From: the human T2T-CHM13v2.0 reference genome, Homo sapiens
Direction: 5' to 3' (one strand)
Assembly: GCF_009914755.1 (NCBI RefSeq)
Contig: NC_060928.1
Length of the DNA: 64,000 nucleotides
The position numbers and the translations under genes are program-made. A model generated the notes under the pieces. It was not told the origin of the DNA. It searched no databases and worked only from the letters and a program-made list of their open reading frames with translations. This document shows, piece after piece, positions 1-16,847 of this stretch (its first letter is position 1; every line of letters begins with the position of its first letter).

Positions 1-296
1 CAAGAGGTGGTGAGCTCCCCATCACTTTAGGCATTCAGACCTAGATGATTTACATTATCAATTTTAAGACAGGCTTCAGGTCTGGGAATATTATGAGTTT
101 ATGAACTAAAGCAACGTTTACAAGAATGTAAGTCAAAGGCACCAATTATCTAAATAACACCTGATAGACTAACATGATGCACATGTAGAACATTTACAAT
201 TTTGGTTAAAGATGAGAGGGAGAAGAATGAGGAGAGTTACACATTGAGAAAGGGTTCTAACATATTAGAAAATAAAAAAATATTTTCCCCTCCCAG

Positions 297-602
297 TTTT
301 TTGTTTTGTTTTGTTTTGTTTTTTAAGACAGAATCTTGGTCTGTCGCCCATGCTGGAGTGCAGTGGTACACTGTCAACTCACTGCAACCTCCGCCTCCTG
401 GGTTCAAGCGATTCTCCTGCCTCAGCCTCCTGAGTAGCTGAGACTACAGGTGCCTGCCACCACGCCCAGCTAATTTTTTTATTTTTAGTACGGACGGGGT
501 TTCACCATATTGGCCAGGCTGGTCTTGAACTCCTGACCTTGTGATCTACATGCCTTGGTCTCCCAAAGTGCTGGGATTACAGGCGTGAGCCACTGCGCCT
601 GC
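297..602 (-). mobile_element. AluS; a partial Alu (+) with (AAAT)n tail follows at ~640-753
   Basis: Canonical Alu sequence with a (TTTTG)n tail. Confidence 0.9.
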
Positions 603-705
603 ACTTCTCCTCCCAGTTTTTAAAAAATATATATCTGATGGGCCAAGAGAGATCTTGCCACTGCACTCCAGTCTGGGCAATGGAGCAAGACCCTGTCTCA
701 AATAA

Positions 706-752
<47 letters not shown>

Positions 753-1479
753 ATCTGATGATATCTCTCCTGCCAGCGTTGTGGGGCATGCTTGTTTGTA
801 TATGGCAGCTCTTGTGGAAGCCACGCTTTTTCCTGGGGTCGCTTCTGTCTTCTTTAACACCCTGTTCTGGAAATACGTAATTCAGCTGGTCAAGAGTCCC
901 AGCCTGACACCTGCAAAATATTTCTCACACAGGAAACAAGAATCAGGGACAGACCCTTAAGCCTTCTTGGGGCCCTGTGGTCTCAAGATCAATGACCTTG
1001 ACCATCTTTGGTGACCTGGGCTCCCACTTCTTGTCATTTCTAATGGACTCACAGGCACTTCAAACCTAGCCCCCTCCTTTGGTCTAAATTCTGTGGCAGT
1101 AAATTGCCCCATCATTAATGTATCTAGCTGTTCAGAAACCAGAAATGTGGAAATCCTTAACTCCTCTTTTCTCTCCCTCTTTGCTTTATCAGGCACGTCC
1201 AGTGCAGCGCCCAATTTTCTGGAGCTCATCCTGTCTCCTGAATTTTCAATCATGCACTCTACCTTGGCTCTGCTGTGGCCAGCTGACTTCCGGTGGGGCC
1301 TCTGCAATCCTGCCACCTAAGGGCCACCAGCCATACTCCTGGTGTCCCTGGCTCCTGTCTGAAGTGCCACACTTGCAGGGCATGGGGTGGTATCACTGGA
1401 GCCAAATGATGAACCCTGGGAAGCTGAGTTGTTACCTTGCAATGAGGTTGTTCTGGTGACTACTCAGGTGTGACAAAGT

Positions 1480-1930
1480 ACCCCAAAGTTTAGGGGTTTA
1501 TAACAACCATTTAATTAGGCTCTAATGAGTTATGTGGGTCAGTAGGGCACGGTAGGACTGGCATGTCTCTGCTCTTCAATGTCTGAGGCCTCAGCTGAGG
1601 AGACAATGGCTGGGAGTGCCCCCACAGCTGTGGGCTAGAATCATATGAACGTATATCCATGCAGGTGGGGCTGCGTGCTGGGGCCATAGCTGGAGCTGTC
1701 ACCCAGAGCCCTTACACGTGGGCTCACATGGTGCCCTTCGGGTAGCTGATTTCTCTCATGGCAGCCGAGGGCTCCAAGCATGAGGGCCCCGGTGAATAAA
1801 GCAGAAGCTGCCCAGCATCACTCCTGCTGCGTGTCCCCACCTCAAGACGGGAGAAATGGCAAAGAATTTGCAGTTCTGTTTAAAAACTGCCATGGGGGAA
1901 ACTGCCCCAATGGGAGATGAGGTGTAGAAG
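1480..1930. mobile_element. Old MaLR (MLT1-type) LTR fragment
   Basis: Resembles MLT1 LTR sequence; highly diverged. Confidence 0.4.
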
Positions 1931-1934
1931 ACAA

Positions 1935-2172
1935 AGTCCTGAGAACACATGGACACATGGAGGGAACACACATACCAGGTCCTTTCTGAGGGTGGAGGGT
2001 GGGAGGAGGGAGAGGATCAGGAAAAATAACAAATGGGTACTAGGCTTAATACCTGGATAATGAAATAATCTGCACAACCAACCCCGTGACACACGTTTAT
2101 GTATGTAACAAACCTGCATATGTACTCCCGAACTTAAAATAAAAGTTAAAAAATATATATAATAAAAGAAAA
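1935..2172 (+). mobile_element. L1PA-type 3' end fragment
   Basis: gagaacacatggacac...gtaacaaacctgcatatgtactcccgaacttaaaataaaag followed by an A-rich tail. Confidence 0.85.
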
Positions 2173-2716
2173 TAAGTTCCCTCTCCTTTCCTCCCTTCAG
2201 TGGATTGTGCTGAGGTGCAGTTTCTCCACTCAGCCTGTCCAGAGATTCCCCGAGGGCTGGCTGGGGTGCCTGTGCAGTGACTGGCTACATCTCATCACAG
2301 GGCATCTGAAGCAGCACCCCACGTGGACATGCTCTGCTTCTGGCCAATCTGCCATACTTGGCTCTCCCATCACTTTTGCTGCCCTGATACTGCACCCGCC
2401 AAATAAAGCCTCAGCATTCCAGCCTTGTCTAGAAAGCATGGGCTAAGGGACCCTCTACAACCCATCTGCCCTGAAATGCAATTGATTTGTTCTTTTAAAT
2501 CTCTTTCTCCATCCACACTGACATTTCCCTAGGCCAGGCCAACATCTTCTCTTGCCTAGACCATAATATGCTTTCCTAACAGATCCATTCGTATCTACAC
2601 GAGTGATACTGCCCCATCAGTCCACACTGGTGTCAGAGTGATCTTTTTGAAACAAATCTCATCACAAAACCTTCCAGCTTAAAACCCATGACAGGCTTCA
2701 CATCCTCCTTGTAAAC

Positions 2717-2935
2717 AGGGTCTCTCAACCTCAGCACTACTGACATTGTGAGCGGGGCAACTCTTTGCTGTGCTGTGGGGGCTGCCCTGTGCAACATAAG
2801 ATATTTAGCAGCATCTCTGGACTCTACCCACTAGGTGCCAGTAGCACCTCACTCCCCAGCTGTAATAAGTAAAATGTCTACAGGCATCACCCAATGTCCC
2901 CTGAGGACAAAATCATCCCAGGTTGAGAACAGCCG
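2717..2935 (+). mobile_element. MER20 (hAT-Charlie) within an L2 remnant (~2460-3480)
   Basis: cagggtctctcaacctcagcactactgacatt...ggttgagaacagc. Flanks are L2-like and end in tgaatgaatgaataaatgaa. Confidence 0.75.
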
Positions 2936-3471
2936 GTATGAAGTAAGCATACTTAACATGACCCTATGTGGGCCAACCCTGGCACAGCAGACACTACTCT
3001 CTTCCAGGTCTCTAAGCAACAGCCACACCGGACTTCATTCAGGATTCTTTGACCATGCCATAGCCTTTCCCTCTACAAGCCTTTTCCTGTTCTTTCTCAG
3101 CCTGGAATATTCCCCTTTCTCCTTCCAGTCCACCCTCTGACACACACACACCTGTGCACCATTCATCTAGCTAACACTTTAGGATCAGTCCTCAGCCAAA
3201 ATGTCACTTTTGCGAAGGCTCTTCTTGCCTCCCAGACTAGGTTAGGCCCCCTGACATACATTCGTATGGCAGTTGGGACCTCTCACAGCACTCCCCACAT
3301 TGATCATGAATTAATTCGCTTTGGTTATGGCTTGTTAATGTACATCCTCCTCACTCTGCTGTAAATACTGTAAGAGCAGGGCTGTTGTCTGTCTTGCTTA
3401 TTCCTGGGTCTCAGCACTTAGTATGGAGCTTGGCATGTGGTAGGTACTCAATGCATTTGATGAATGAATGA

Positions 3472-3998
<527 letters not shown>

Positions 3999-5111
3999 CC
4001 CTTTCCTTGCTTTAGATTTTTCTCTTTCATTGCAAAGCAGTACCCTCATTCCAGTATGAATAAAAACCCAGTTCTCGGATGTTTTACCAACCAAACTGTC
4101 TGCCTGATCTTGAGAAACTCTTCAGACACTGCCCAGCTCTCTGACCCACTCCTTTCCAAATAATTTTTGCAAAGTTTTTGTTTTTTTTTTTAACCAAGCC
4201 ACTTTAAAAGCTAGGGGTACATCAAGGGATCAAATCAAAGTCCAAGGTGTGGTATCCAATTCCTCGGAATATTGATCAAAAAACGGGCATCCCCTTGGCT
4301 AGGGATTTCCCCACCACCAGGTGGAAACCTTGTGTCTTTTCTCACCCCTCCTCTATCCCCTCGCAGTTTGCCACAGGGATGCCAAACGTAAAGTGTCCTT
4401 TTCTGACCCTTCTCCATGGAATGTACGTCTCTGGGGCAGCGTCTGTGTTTGGCTTCCGTCTAGCTCTGAGTGGATCAGGACTAACGGTTAAATCCTGGTA
4501 TTTTTACATTTGAGCACCTGTGGGTTTTGAGCAATTGACTGTTACAGGTCGCTTGCTGGAAATGGTCAATGTGTTCATACCTGAAAAACTGAATTTTTAT
4601 AGGACATTATTTAGAGATGATTTTGACAGTTTGTGTTAACTGACTTGTTCCATTTTCACTGATGTGCATCTGTAGGGACTTCTGGAAACCTGGAGGAGTA
4701 AGCTATCACAGGGACCTCAGAGGGTGGCTTGCCTGGAAGCTGAGCTGCCTCTGGTGGTGTTATCCCGGCAGGTCTGGCAGCCCTGGATTGACTCCCCCTA
4801 GCGGTTTCACAAAATATGTTATTTTGATAGAGCACCTTAAACTGCAGCTCCTAGCTCTAAATGTGTGGCTGTTAGAATCCTTCTACTACAAATTAGGGAT
4901 GAAATTAGATGACCAGCCAGTGGGACCTCTGAGAAGAGAATGAAAAATAGGCTCATGCAGGAGAGGGCGTGGAAGGGCGGATAAGCTGTTTTGTCTGGAA
5001 TTCCTGTCCCAGACAGGTTTGTCTGGGAATGGCCAGAAACTGAAATTCTGAGGATATCATCCTGCCCAAGTCCCAGAAGCAAAGGTGAGAACCAGGCACA
5101 CCCTAAGGGCA

Positions 5112-5266
5112 AGCAGGAGGGAAGAAGAAAAGAAAGAAGAACGAGGGAAGAACAAGAAGAAAGAAAGAAGAAGGAGGAAGAGGAGGAGGAGAAGGGAGGG
5201 GGAGGAAGGGGAGGAGAAGGAGGGGAGGGAGAGGCGGAGAAAGGAAAGGAAGAAGTGGAAGAGGAA

Positions 5267-5335
<69 letters not shown>

Positions 5336-5345
5336 AAAGAGAAGC
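5112..5345 (+). repeat. Polypurine tract ending in a (GAAA)n microsatellite
   Basis: About 230 nt almost purely G/A; perfect (AAAG)n at roughly 5270-5337. Confidence 0.95.
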
Positions 5346-6560
5346 AGGCAAGCAGTTTTCAAAGTTCTTTATCATCTTGCTAAGGTAGCTGAAGGATGCA
5401 GTCACAGGCCCGCATGCACAGGAGGGCTTTCCTGTTTGGGGCCAGTAGGTTTCTTGTTTTGCTGTGTTTCCTTTCTTTTTGTGCAGGACGTGACTTGGCC
5501 TCCGATCTAGACACATCGGTGTTTTTGTGAGTCATGTTCTAACAGGATTGTGCTGTGTTGAAATGACTGTTGTTTGGTGTGTCAGCCCAGATGCAGGTTT
5601 AGCACCACATTTCAAAGTGAATAAGAGCTGCTTTTAACTGTTTGTTCTTAATCCACCAACCTTTTGTGTTTTCTCATCAAAAGAGGGGTAGCTTGCCCTT
5701 TTTCTTTTGCCTTAAGCCCCAGAGAGACACCAAGTGAAGCCACGGTACCCCTTTTTTTCTTTAAGTAGCCCAATCACATAATATGCTGTAGGTTTCAAGA
5801 GAGTAAACTCTCCTCTGGTGCATAGAAATCTCAGTAAGTTCTCTGAGGCAGTAGTTGGTAGTCCTGGAGATTTTTCAGTTAAATCAGTGTTTATTTCAAA
5901 AACGCCCTTGGTGATTCTAATGTGAGAATCACCAGTCTCCATGCACTTCAAAGCCAGTGGGCGGGGAAGTACTGGGCCCAATCAGCTGAGACTCGGCTCC
6001 AGCCACACTTACCTTTGCTGGTGCCTCAGAGCCTGTTGCCCCATCTCAGCCTCAGATTTCCCTCCCATGTCTGTCTGTCCTTCTCTCTTCCACCCAGGCA
6101 TACTGTAAACTCCTCCAGTGGAAACCAGCATTTCTCCTGGGCTGCACCCGTGAGGCCTACAGGTCCCATCTATTCCCAGCCTCACCTCTTCCCTTCTGCC
6201 ACTGCAGAACCTTCCACACCCCTTTCTCCTCTATCCTGGCACCACTGATGCTCACTTTGGGCACCTACCAGATTATTCACCCCCTCAACAGCCCTGCCCC
6301 ATCTTCCCTCTTTTGGATGCAGTCAAATGGAGTGATTTGTCAAGCTCTTGAAGCTTTCTAGGTCTCAGTTTCAGTTTCCTTATCTATAAAATGGGAATAA
6401 TTTACAGGCTCCTGGGAGTTTTGTGCAAGTTACATGAGACCATGTGTGCTTTGCTGGCGTGTCATAATGGATCCTGGATGAGGCCCAGACATCTGTGTGT
6501 TTCTGTCACCTCCAGTGTGGTAGCAGTGGTATGGGCTATGCTGAGAAACATTGGTTAAGA

Positions 6561-6725
6561 CAGTGGTTCTCCACCTGGCTGTGCATTAGGATTACCTGGG
6601 AAGCTTTAAAACGTTCAGGTGCCTAGGCTGAACCTGAGCTAATTAAATCTGAAGTTCTGTAATTTTTAATGACCCCTCCTCACATGATTCCAATGTGCAG
6701 CCAAAGTTAAGAGTAAAGGCTCTGG
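6561..6725 (+). mobile_element. MER5-type DNA transposon flanked by MIR fragments (~6340-6460, ~6730-6890)
   Basis: cagtggttctccacctggctgtgcattaggattacctggg...tgattccaatgtgcagcc. MIR core ctcagtttc(c/t)...atct...aatgggaataat on both sides. Confidence 0.65.
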
Positions 6726-7329
6726 GGCAGCAGGACTGGGTTGTACTGACTCTGGGCCAGTCACTAACCTCTCAGCCTCAGTTTCTCCATCTGAAGAATG
6801 GGAATAATATATGCACTTTACTGTTTGACTATGCAGATTAGTTGAGATAATTCTGTCCAGTGGTTGGCATAGGGCCTAGTACAGTGCCTTCTGTTGACTG
6901 GATTTGGGAGCTGGCAGGGTGGGCATGAGAGGCCCCCATCAGAGTGAGGCCTTCTCAGCAGCCCTGGGCTCATCCAGAACACCTCAGGCCTCTGGGCTCC
7001 AGGCTGTCCCGTCTCTTGCTGCTCTATCCCAGCAAGTTCAACAGTCGAGCTCTGAGCATGGCCTACAGGAGCCAGGGCACGTTCACGCCAGTGACCCTGT
7101 TTTAAAGTATCTAATACAAAGTACTATTCAGTTTAAAAAGTTTGTAATGATTCCATGAAAAAGGCAAACCAATAGTATTAGTTGTTTTTGTTGTTGCTTA
7201 ATTGCCAATATGCAGTATGTTACCTAATTTATGGGTTCAAATTTGATTTAAAACACAAAAGCAAAAAAAAAAAAAAAAGAATAGAAAGTTTTGTTTCATG
7301 TGTGGTAACCTGGAAACATGGCCACCATT

Positions 7330-7638
7330 TATATTATTATTATTATTTTTTGAGACGGAGTCTGGCTCTGTCGTCCAGGCTGCAGTGCAGTGGCACGATC
7401 ACAGTTCACTGCAACCTCCGCCTCCTGGGTTCAAGTGATTCTCCTGCCTCAGCCTCCTGAGTAGAGTAGCTGGGACTACAGGCACGTGACACCATGCCTG
7501 GCTAATTTTTCTATTTTTAGTAGAGACAGGGTTTCACCATGTTGGCCAGGCTGGTCCTGAACTCCTGACCTCAAGTGATCCGCCCACCTCGGCTTCCCAA
7601 AGAGTTGGGATTAGAGGCGTGAGCCACCGCTCCTGGCC
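7330..7638 (-). mobile_element. AluS
   Basis: Canonical Alu with an (ATT)n tail. Confidence 0.9.
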
Positions 7639-7732
7639 ATAATATTATTTTTGTGAAAATATGTGTTCTGAGGTCTAAACATTCAGCTTACAAATTTCCT
7701 TTTGGAACGTAAGTTTTTGTAGAGTATGTAAG

Positions 7733-7892
7733 TGTATGAGTGTGTGTTTTGAATGTGTGATGGGAGTACATGAATGTGAATGTGTGAGTGCACAAGTGTG
7801 TGTGCGTGTGTGTGGGTGTTTATGAGTGTGGGTGTGTGTGCGTAGGAATGTGTATGAATCTGGATGTGTGTGTGTGTGACTTTGTGTGTGTG
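7733..7892 (+). repeat. Imperfect (TG)n low-complexity tract
   Basis: Directly visible. Confidence 0.9.
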
Positions 7893-9222
7893 GGGAGGGC
7901 TGCATGTGCTGAGAGCTGTCAAGAATGGGGACTTCTATTTCTCCTCACCAATCTCTAGATCCTGCTTTATTTTATCCTCTCCTAAGCCTTATGCAAACTT
8001 AAGACAACTCAGGTTGAGACCCTCTATTACTGTCAAAAGCCATTTTGAAGCAATTCAAATGTTCTGTTTCTATTCTTCTGGGAAATCTGTGCTGTCTCAG
8101 AAATTCTAATGGCATTCTAAAATCATCTGTTGCTTTGTAATATGGCCTTTTCAACAAATAGGCCTAGTCTCTTCTGCTTTCGCCCAGGGTTGGAGGGCAT
8201 CAGGATGGCAGAGAGAATGGGCAGGGTGGTGACACCTGTGGACAGCCAGCATCATGCCGGGTTCTGTGCTATTTGCTTCCTTCACATGACTTCCTTTATT
8301 CATCAGAGGAACCCTGCAAGGTCAGTATTATTATTTCCCTTTGAAAACACATGTCCAGGAAGTTTAGCAACTTTCCACCGTGACACAGAGATAGGAGCTT
8401 AAACCTTGTACTCTTTTTTTCTACACTACATTGGTAACTGATCTTTATTTTCCTTGCCTTTCTTCTCTTTTTCTGTCTTTATCTTTGAGCCTTGATATGT
8501 CATTACTGGTGCTGGGTAGTGGGCAGTTTCTGCTGGAAGGTAGCTGGCATTCAACTGTAACCCTTTGCCCTGTCTGGTCCAGGGCAAAGTCTCCTCAATG
8601 GGAATAAAATGCCTTTGCCTTCTTTAGCTCATTTCTTCACACTCAGGGCTACAAAGCAAAATGCTGCAGTTTCTGAAATGGGAGAAAATATTCCGTAGGA
8701 TGACTAAAATTTCCTAAATTTTTGCAACATGTAGCAAAATGGAGCATAATTTCAAATTGTGTTTATCTGAGCTTTGCTTAAAAACTTACTGTGTTAAAGC
8801 CACTATTAAACCCAGCTACTCAGGAGACTGAGGTGGGAGGGTTGCTTGAACCCTGGAAGTTGAGGCTGCAGTGAGCCATGATCATGTCACTGCACTCCAG
8901 CCAGGGTGATAGAGTAAGACCCTGTCTCAAAACAAAACAAAACACAGAAAAACTGCTGTGTAGTTACAAGATTCTTCAACTAGTCAGGACTTCTAGCAAG
9001 ATAATGTAATGAACTCTGGGTACATGGAGAGTTATGTGGTCATTGATAATCATGATCACTCTGATAGTTCCTGGGAAAGAGGTGTATTTTCTGTCTCTTT
9101 CTGCTACCTGGCCTGATGGCAGTGAGGACAGCCCTGCTGTAGTGCTCAGCAGAAACCTGGATGATGTGCTGTCAATTTTGGAAGGGTAGCAAGTGAACAG
9201 AGAGGGTGAGACCAGGGAATAA

Positions 9223-9600
<378 letters not shown>

Positions 9601-9864
9601 TAATATATCATTTCTTTTCATCTATTACCAAAATTATACTGAAAGAGTTACATTTAGAGTTCACATTTCATGAAAGCAGTTCTTTTACATGGTTCAGGTT
9701 TGTTTTTATGTGATCAAATCTTGGCCTCTCTGTTTCACCTTACCTAGAGTATAGTTTTGGTAACAGTGATTCAGTAGTAACCAAAGTCCTCAGAAAGTCT
9801 TTTAGGTTTCTTTTGAGTTTACATAGATAATAAAAATATTTTAAAAACATTTTACTATCATTAC

Positions 9865-10202
9865 TGTCTTATTCCATTTTGTTGCTATAACAGAATACCA
9901 CACACTGGGTAATTTATAAAGAAAAGAAATTTATTTCTCACAGTTCTGGAGGTTAGGAGGTTTAATATCAAGGTGCTGGCATCTGGTAAGGACCTTTGTG
10001 CTATGTCATCCCAAAGCGGGGGGGCAAGAGAGGGCCAAGCTCACATTTATAACAATCCACTCCTATAACAACATTAATCCATTCATGGGAGCAGAGCTCT
10101 CATGGCCTAATCACCCCTTATTGTCCTACCTCTTAATACCATTATAATGGAAGTTAAATTTTAACATGAGTTTTGGAGGGGACAAACATTCAGACCATAG
10201 CA
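9865..10202 (-). mobile_element. MaLR LTR (MST/MLT1A type)
   Basis: tgtcttattccattttgttgctataacagaataccac...aaacattcagaccatagca. Confidence 0.75.
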
Positions 10203-10620
10203 ATTACCAGTATGCTGTTTGTCCTCTTATTTTCCTTTTCATAGAAAAATGTAATAAATGGAACATACTAGAAGGATCTATGGGAACAACATTCAGGGAA
10301 AATGCCATTCCTCTTCAACCAATCCAGGGAAAACGTACAGAGAAACTCTAATTTTTGTGAGTTTTTGTTAATGCTATGGCAGTATTTCAGCTGTGGGTCA
10401 CCTGGAAATTTTATCACTGCAGAAGGTGATAAACATTTCATTATACAATGCTCTATTCTTTTATACTTTCCTAGAGGCAATAACTACATATACCGACAAT
10501 GAAGATCTTTTTAAATAGACACGTGGGGTTTTGAAGCACTTGAGATTTTATTGATTAATTGATTTTTTATTTTTTTACTTTGTGTCAACCATCTCTTAGA
10601 ATCTGGATTTGGGGGACTGA

Positions 10621-10984
<364 letters not shown>

Positions 10985-11908
10985 GGAAGTTGTAGATTTT
11001 AAACCAGTTGACTAGTACAGGTGTACCCAAGAGTTTCTCAAAATAAGAGTTACCAACACCCAAAAGTTACAGTCATCAGCCAGGGCCACAATTCTCTGCT
11101 CAGCTCCTCCTGCTGTTGTTCCTCTCTTCCCGAGCCGTTCTCTGACTTTGAGAGCCTCTGCCTGTCCCCAGGCCTAATGTAGACCTCTCCTTCGAGATCT
11201 GTCATTTGGGAGGTTATTATAGTAGATGGTGATATGGGTTCAGGGCAGCTAGTTTGCAGTTTAGAATCTCTGCCATGTACTGAAGCCCAAAACTATTAAA
11301 CTGAGTATACAAGAATGTTTTGGTGCTGCCCCAGCTTCTTGGCTCTACTTTCTTATCTAATCTTAGTTGTCAATGATTTCAAGAGCAAACAGCCAAGGAA
11401 GCCTGAAGACCAACAGAAACTTTGAGCAGACCTGGCTTGCAACTATTTATAAATTAATTTTGTTATTCCTTCTTTCCTGTATATGTGTAGTTCCATGAAT
11501 TCTACTTTGAACTGGTTATAACATCTTACTGGTTCCCTCATGAATGAGTTACATAAAAATTTTGATATGTTTTCATTTTATGTTGTATGAAAGGCATGAT
11601 TTTTGCCTCTGAAAGTATTTTTTAACATTAGGTACATTATATGCTAAGTACTTGTCTAGATACTTTATGTGTTTATTTTGCAGACACACAGAACACATTT
11701 GTATATGCCAGGTGCTGTTTTAAGTGCTCTATAAGTATTAACTAATTCAATCCTTAGAATAGGATTATGTCATTTAAACTTCTCTTCAGCTCTTATTAGC
11801 CCTATCTTATTAAATGGAGGCTCAGAGAGGCCCAAGGTTGTGTTATTAAATTGTAGGGTCTGTGTGAGGCTGAGGCAACTGCCCTCCCCAGAAGACACTG
11901 GGAGCTCC

Positions 11909-13027
<1,119 letters not shown>

Positions 13028-13299
13028 GTATGATTATTATCAGAGTCTCTAGGTGACAGTGAGAGGCAGCCTGGTGCAGGGGATAGGGCACAGTTGTAAT
13101 CTGCTAGACTGGGTTCAAATCCTAAATCGGCCATTCAGAGCGTGAATACATTAGAACTGGCTTAAATTAGCATTTAAAATGTCAACAGGATTAAGTAAGT
13201 AGTTCCTTCTCACTTTTTCCACAGGAGGTGAGAAAGGTCTCAGCAAGGCCCTAGGAGGGAAGGGCGTGGGGATGAAAGGGATCCAGAGAGTCTGTGCAT

Positions 13300-13621
13300 T
13301 GGCAGAGAAGATAGTGTAACTGGCACTGCGGCTGGAGGGCTGGTCCCACAGTGAGCTACAGCCCTGCCCGCTGGCCGTGGGAGAGGCTTAAAACAAACGC
13401 CGGAAGCAACTCCCAGCCCCATAAAGATCTGTGACCGGCAGCCCCAGACCTGCCTGCCTTCCTGACTTCTGTTCCAGAGCAAAGGTCATTCAGCCGCTTG
13501 AATCAGCCTTTTCCCCCCACCCGGTCCCCAACTTTGTTTACCCGATAAGGAAGGTCAGCATTCAAAGTCAAGAAGCGCCATTTATCTTCCCGTGCGCTCT
13601 ACAAATAGTTCCGTGAGAAAG
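13300..13621 (+). promoter_or_regulatory. MGST2: MGST2 promoter / 5'UTR region
   Basis: Unique sequence upstream of the ATG with a modest CpG increase. Motifs: ETS CCGGAAG 13400-13406, DR1 AGAGCAAAGGTCA 13476-13488, forkhead TGTTTAC 13535-13541, GATA 13544-13549 and 13582-13587. The exact TSS cannot be determined. Confidence 0.65.
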
Positions 13622-13679
13622 ATGGCCGGGAACTCGATCCTGCTGGCTGCTGTCTCTATTCTCTCGGCCTGTCAGCAAA
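13622..13679 (+). CDS. MGST2: MGST2 coding exon 1 (MAGNSILLAAVSILSACQQ + 1 nt)
   Basis: ATG at 13622 in strong Kozak context (aagATGG). Translation matches the recognised MGST2 N-terminus. Donor GTAAGA at 13680. Confidence 0.97.
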
Positions 13680-13698
13680 GTAAGAGGCATGGGAAGTT

Positions 13699-13736
13699 CG
13701 TGTGTGTGCGCGTGTGTGCGTGTGTGTGTGTGTGTG
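13699..13736 (+). repeat. (TG/CG)n alternating purine-pyrimidine tract at the start of intron 1
   Basis: cgtgtgtgtgcgcgtgtgtgcgtgtgtgtgtgtgtgtg. Confidence 0.95.
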
Positions 13737-14652
13737 ACAAGGCTTGCGGGAGAGAGAGGGAGGGAGGGAGATGGGTCCGGTGTTTTGTTTCCTACTTGCC
13801 CTTGCAGGTAGCTCTGGGTCCTCAGAGCACAGTCGCCTCAGGGTCACCCATGCCGCCTGCTACCCTCCTTCCCAGGGGCAAGCAGAGACTGAGAACATTC
13901 CAGAGATTAGTTCTCCCAACTGGAACGCTGTGGGGCCTCAGAGCTCAGCGATTCTGCATCATCTGTGATTACGACCCACAGCCCGTTCAAACGAGCGTTA
14001 GTAGCCTGCTAACCTGCAGGAAGTGGTGTGAATATTAATTACAAGTGTTCCAAAGGAAACGTGCCTGCTTCTAAACCTGGTTGTGATTTCTTGAACGTTG
14101 ATGTTTTAATTAATGTGTTTTCTTAAATAAACTGCCTATGGTGGTATGATTATCAGATTGAAAAAAACTTCCTTCAGAAATATTAGCTTTAGATTAAGTA
14201 ATTAGCTCTAAATTTTAAAACAGCTTCCCACTAGGATTATTCAATATCTCGACTGCCTGGTTAAATAGAGGGCTTTTACTCCATGGGAGTCACATTTGCT
14301 CAATTCATATTATCTTACCTACAATGTCAGCTGGGGAAAGGGGTCCGAGTGCAAGAGTGCAAGACTTCTTACCAAGCATGCATATTTCTTTATATTTCCA
14401 AGTATGCCTGTACCAGGAAATAGGGCCAAGCCGTAGACTGCTCAGGTTACACAAACAGCCAGAAGCAGGAAGGCCTCACAGCTGAGGATCCAGTCCAGGC
14501 CTCCGTGCATGCTCAATGTCTTGCCTAGCCAGTCTGTTTTGAGATTGTATGAAGATCTTGAACCTTCAGACTCACGTTTTGTGGTTTGATTCACACAATC
14601 TGTTGTGGAGAAGAGCAGGATATTTGTTTCTAATTAAAGAAGCACTTAGATC

Positions 14653-14909
14653 TGTTAAAAGGAAAACCCTAGACAAATTACATTTAACTGAGTTTAATTG
14701 AGCAAAGAACGATTCACAGTTGGGCATGGGGAACCGGAATAGGTTCAGAGAGACTCTGGGGCTGCCACGTGGTAGAAGAAGATTTATGGACAGAAAAAGG
14801 AAAGCGACTCCCAGAAAACGGAAGCATATAGTTCACGATGTACGGAGAAACCTTTAGGCTGAACTTAAAATATGTCAGAAGGCAGCTTTAGGCTAAACCT
14901 AATTTAGCA
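14653..14909 (-). mobile_element. MER57-like solo LTR (internally deleted)
   Basis: Reverse complement starts tgctaaattaggtttagcctaaagctgcc...aaaggtttctccgtacatcgtgaac. Confidence 0.65.
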
Positions 14910-15178
14910 GGTCTAAGGCTCACTGTTGGTAGCATCCTGACTCACAGGTGCTACCAAACCTGCATGCGCCTTTATCCTAGGCCTGCAGGTCCACAGATGT
15001 CCCAAAGCTGACAGAGGTGCTCATCCTCCCTGTTTGCTGCTTGTGCAGGGGGCTGTGTGAACTGGGGCCAGAATGTTAGGGGGCTGGATGGAGTGGGGGT
15101 AGGGGTGGGGAGAGAGGAGAGGAGACTGGGTGAATGATGATTAATGGTGGACAGGGAATGTTTAATGACAAGGTGTTA

Positions 15179-16847
<1,669 letters not shown>

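Noticed and set aside
4200-4950. Unique-looking sequence upstream of MGST2 as a possible exon or enhancer
   Set aside because: No recognisable protein, RNA motif or convincing splice-site pair; cannot be supported without conservation data.
4991-5516. Four overlapping 100-140 aa ORFs rich in K/E/R or F/L/S
   Set aside because: Artefacts of the stop-free polypurine/(GAAA)n tract.
13592-14038. 148-aa ORF starting at GTG and containing the MGST2 N-terminus
   Set aside because: It is exon 1 read through the GT donor into intron 1. The real start is the ATG at 13622, and nothing supports a GTG-initiated extension.
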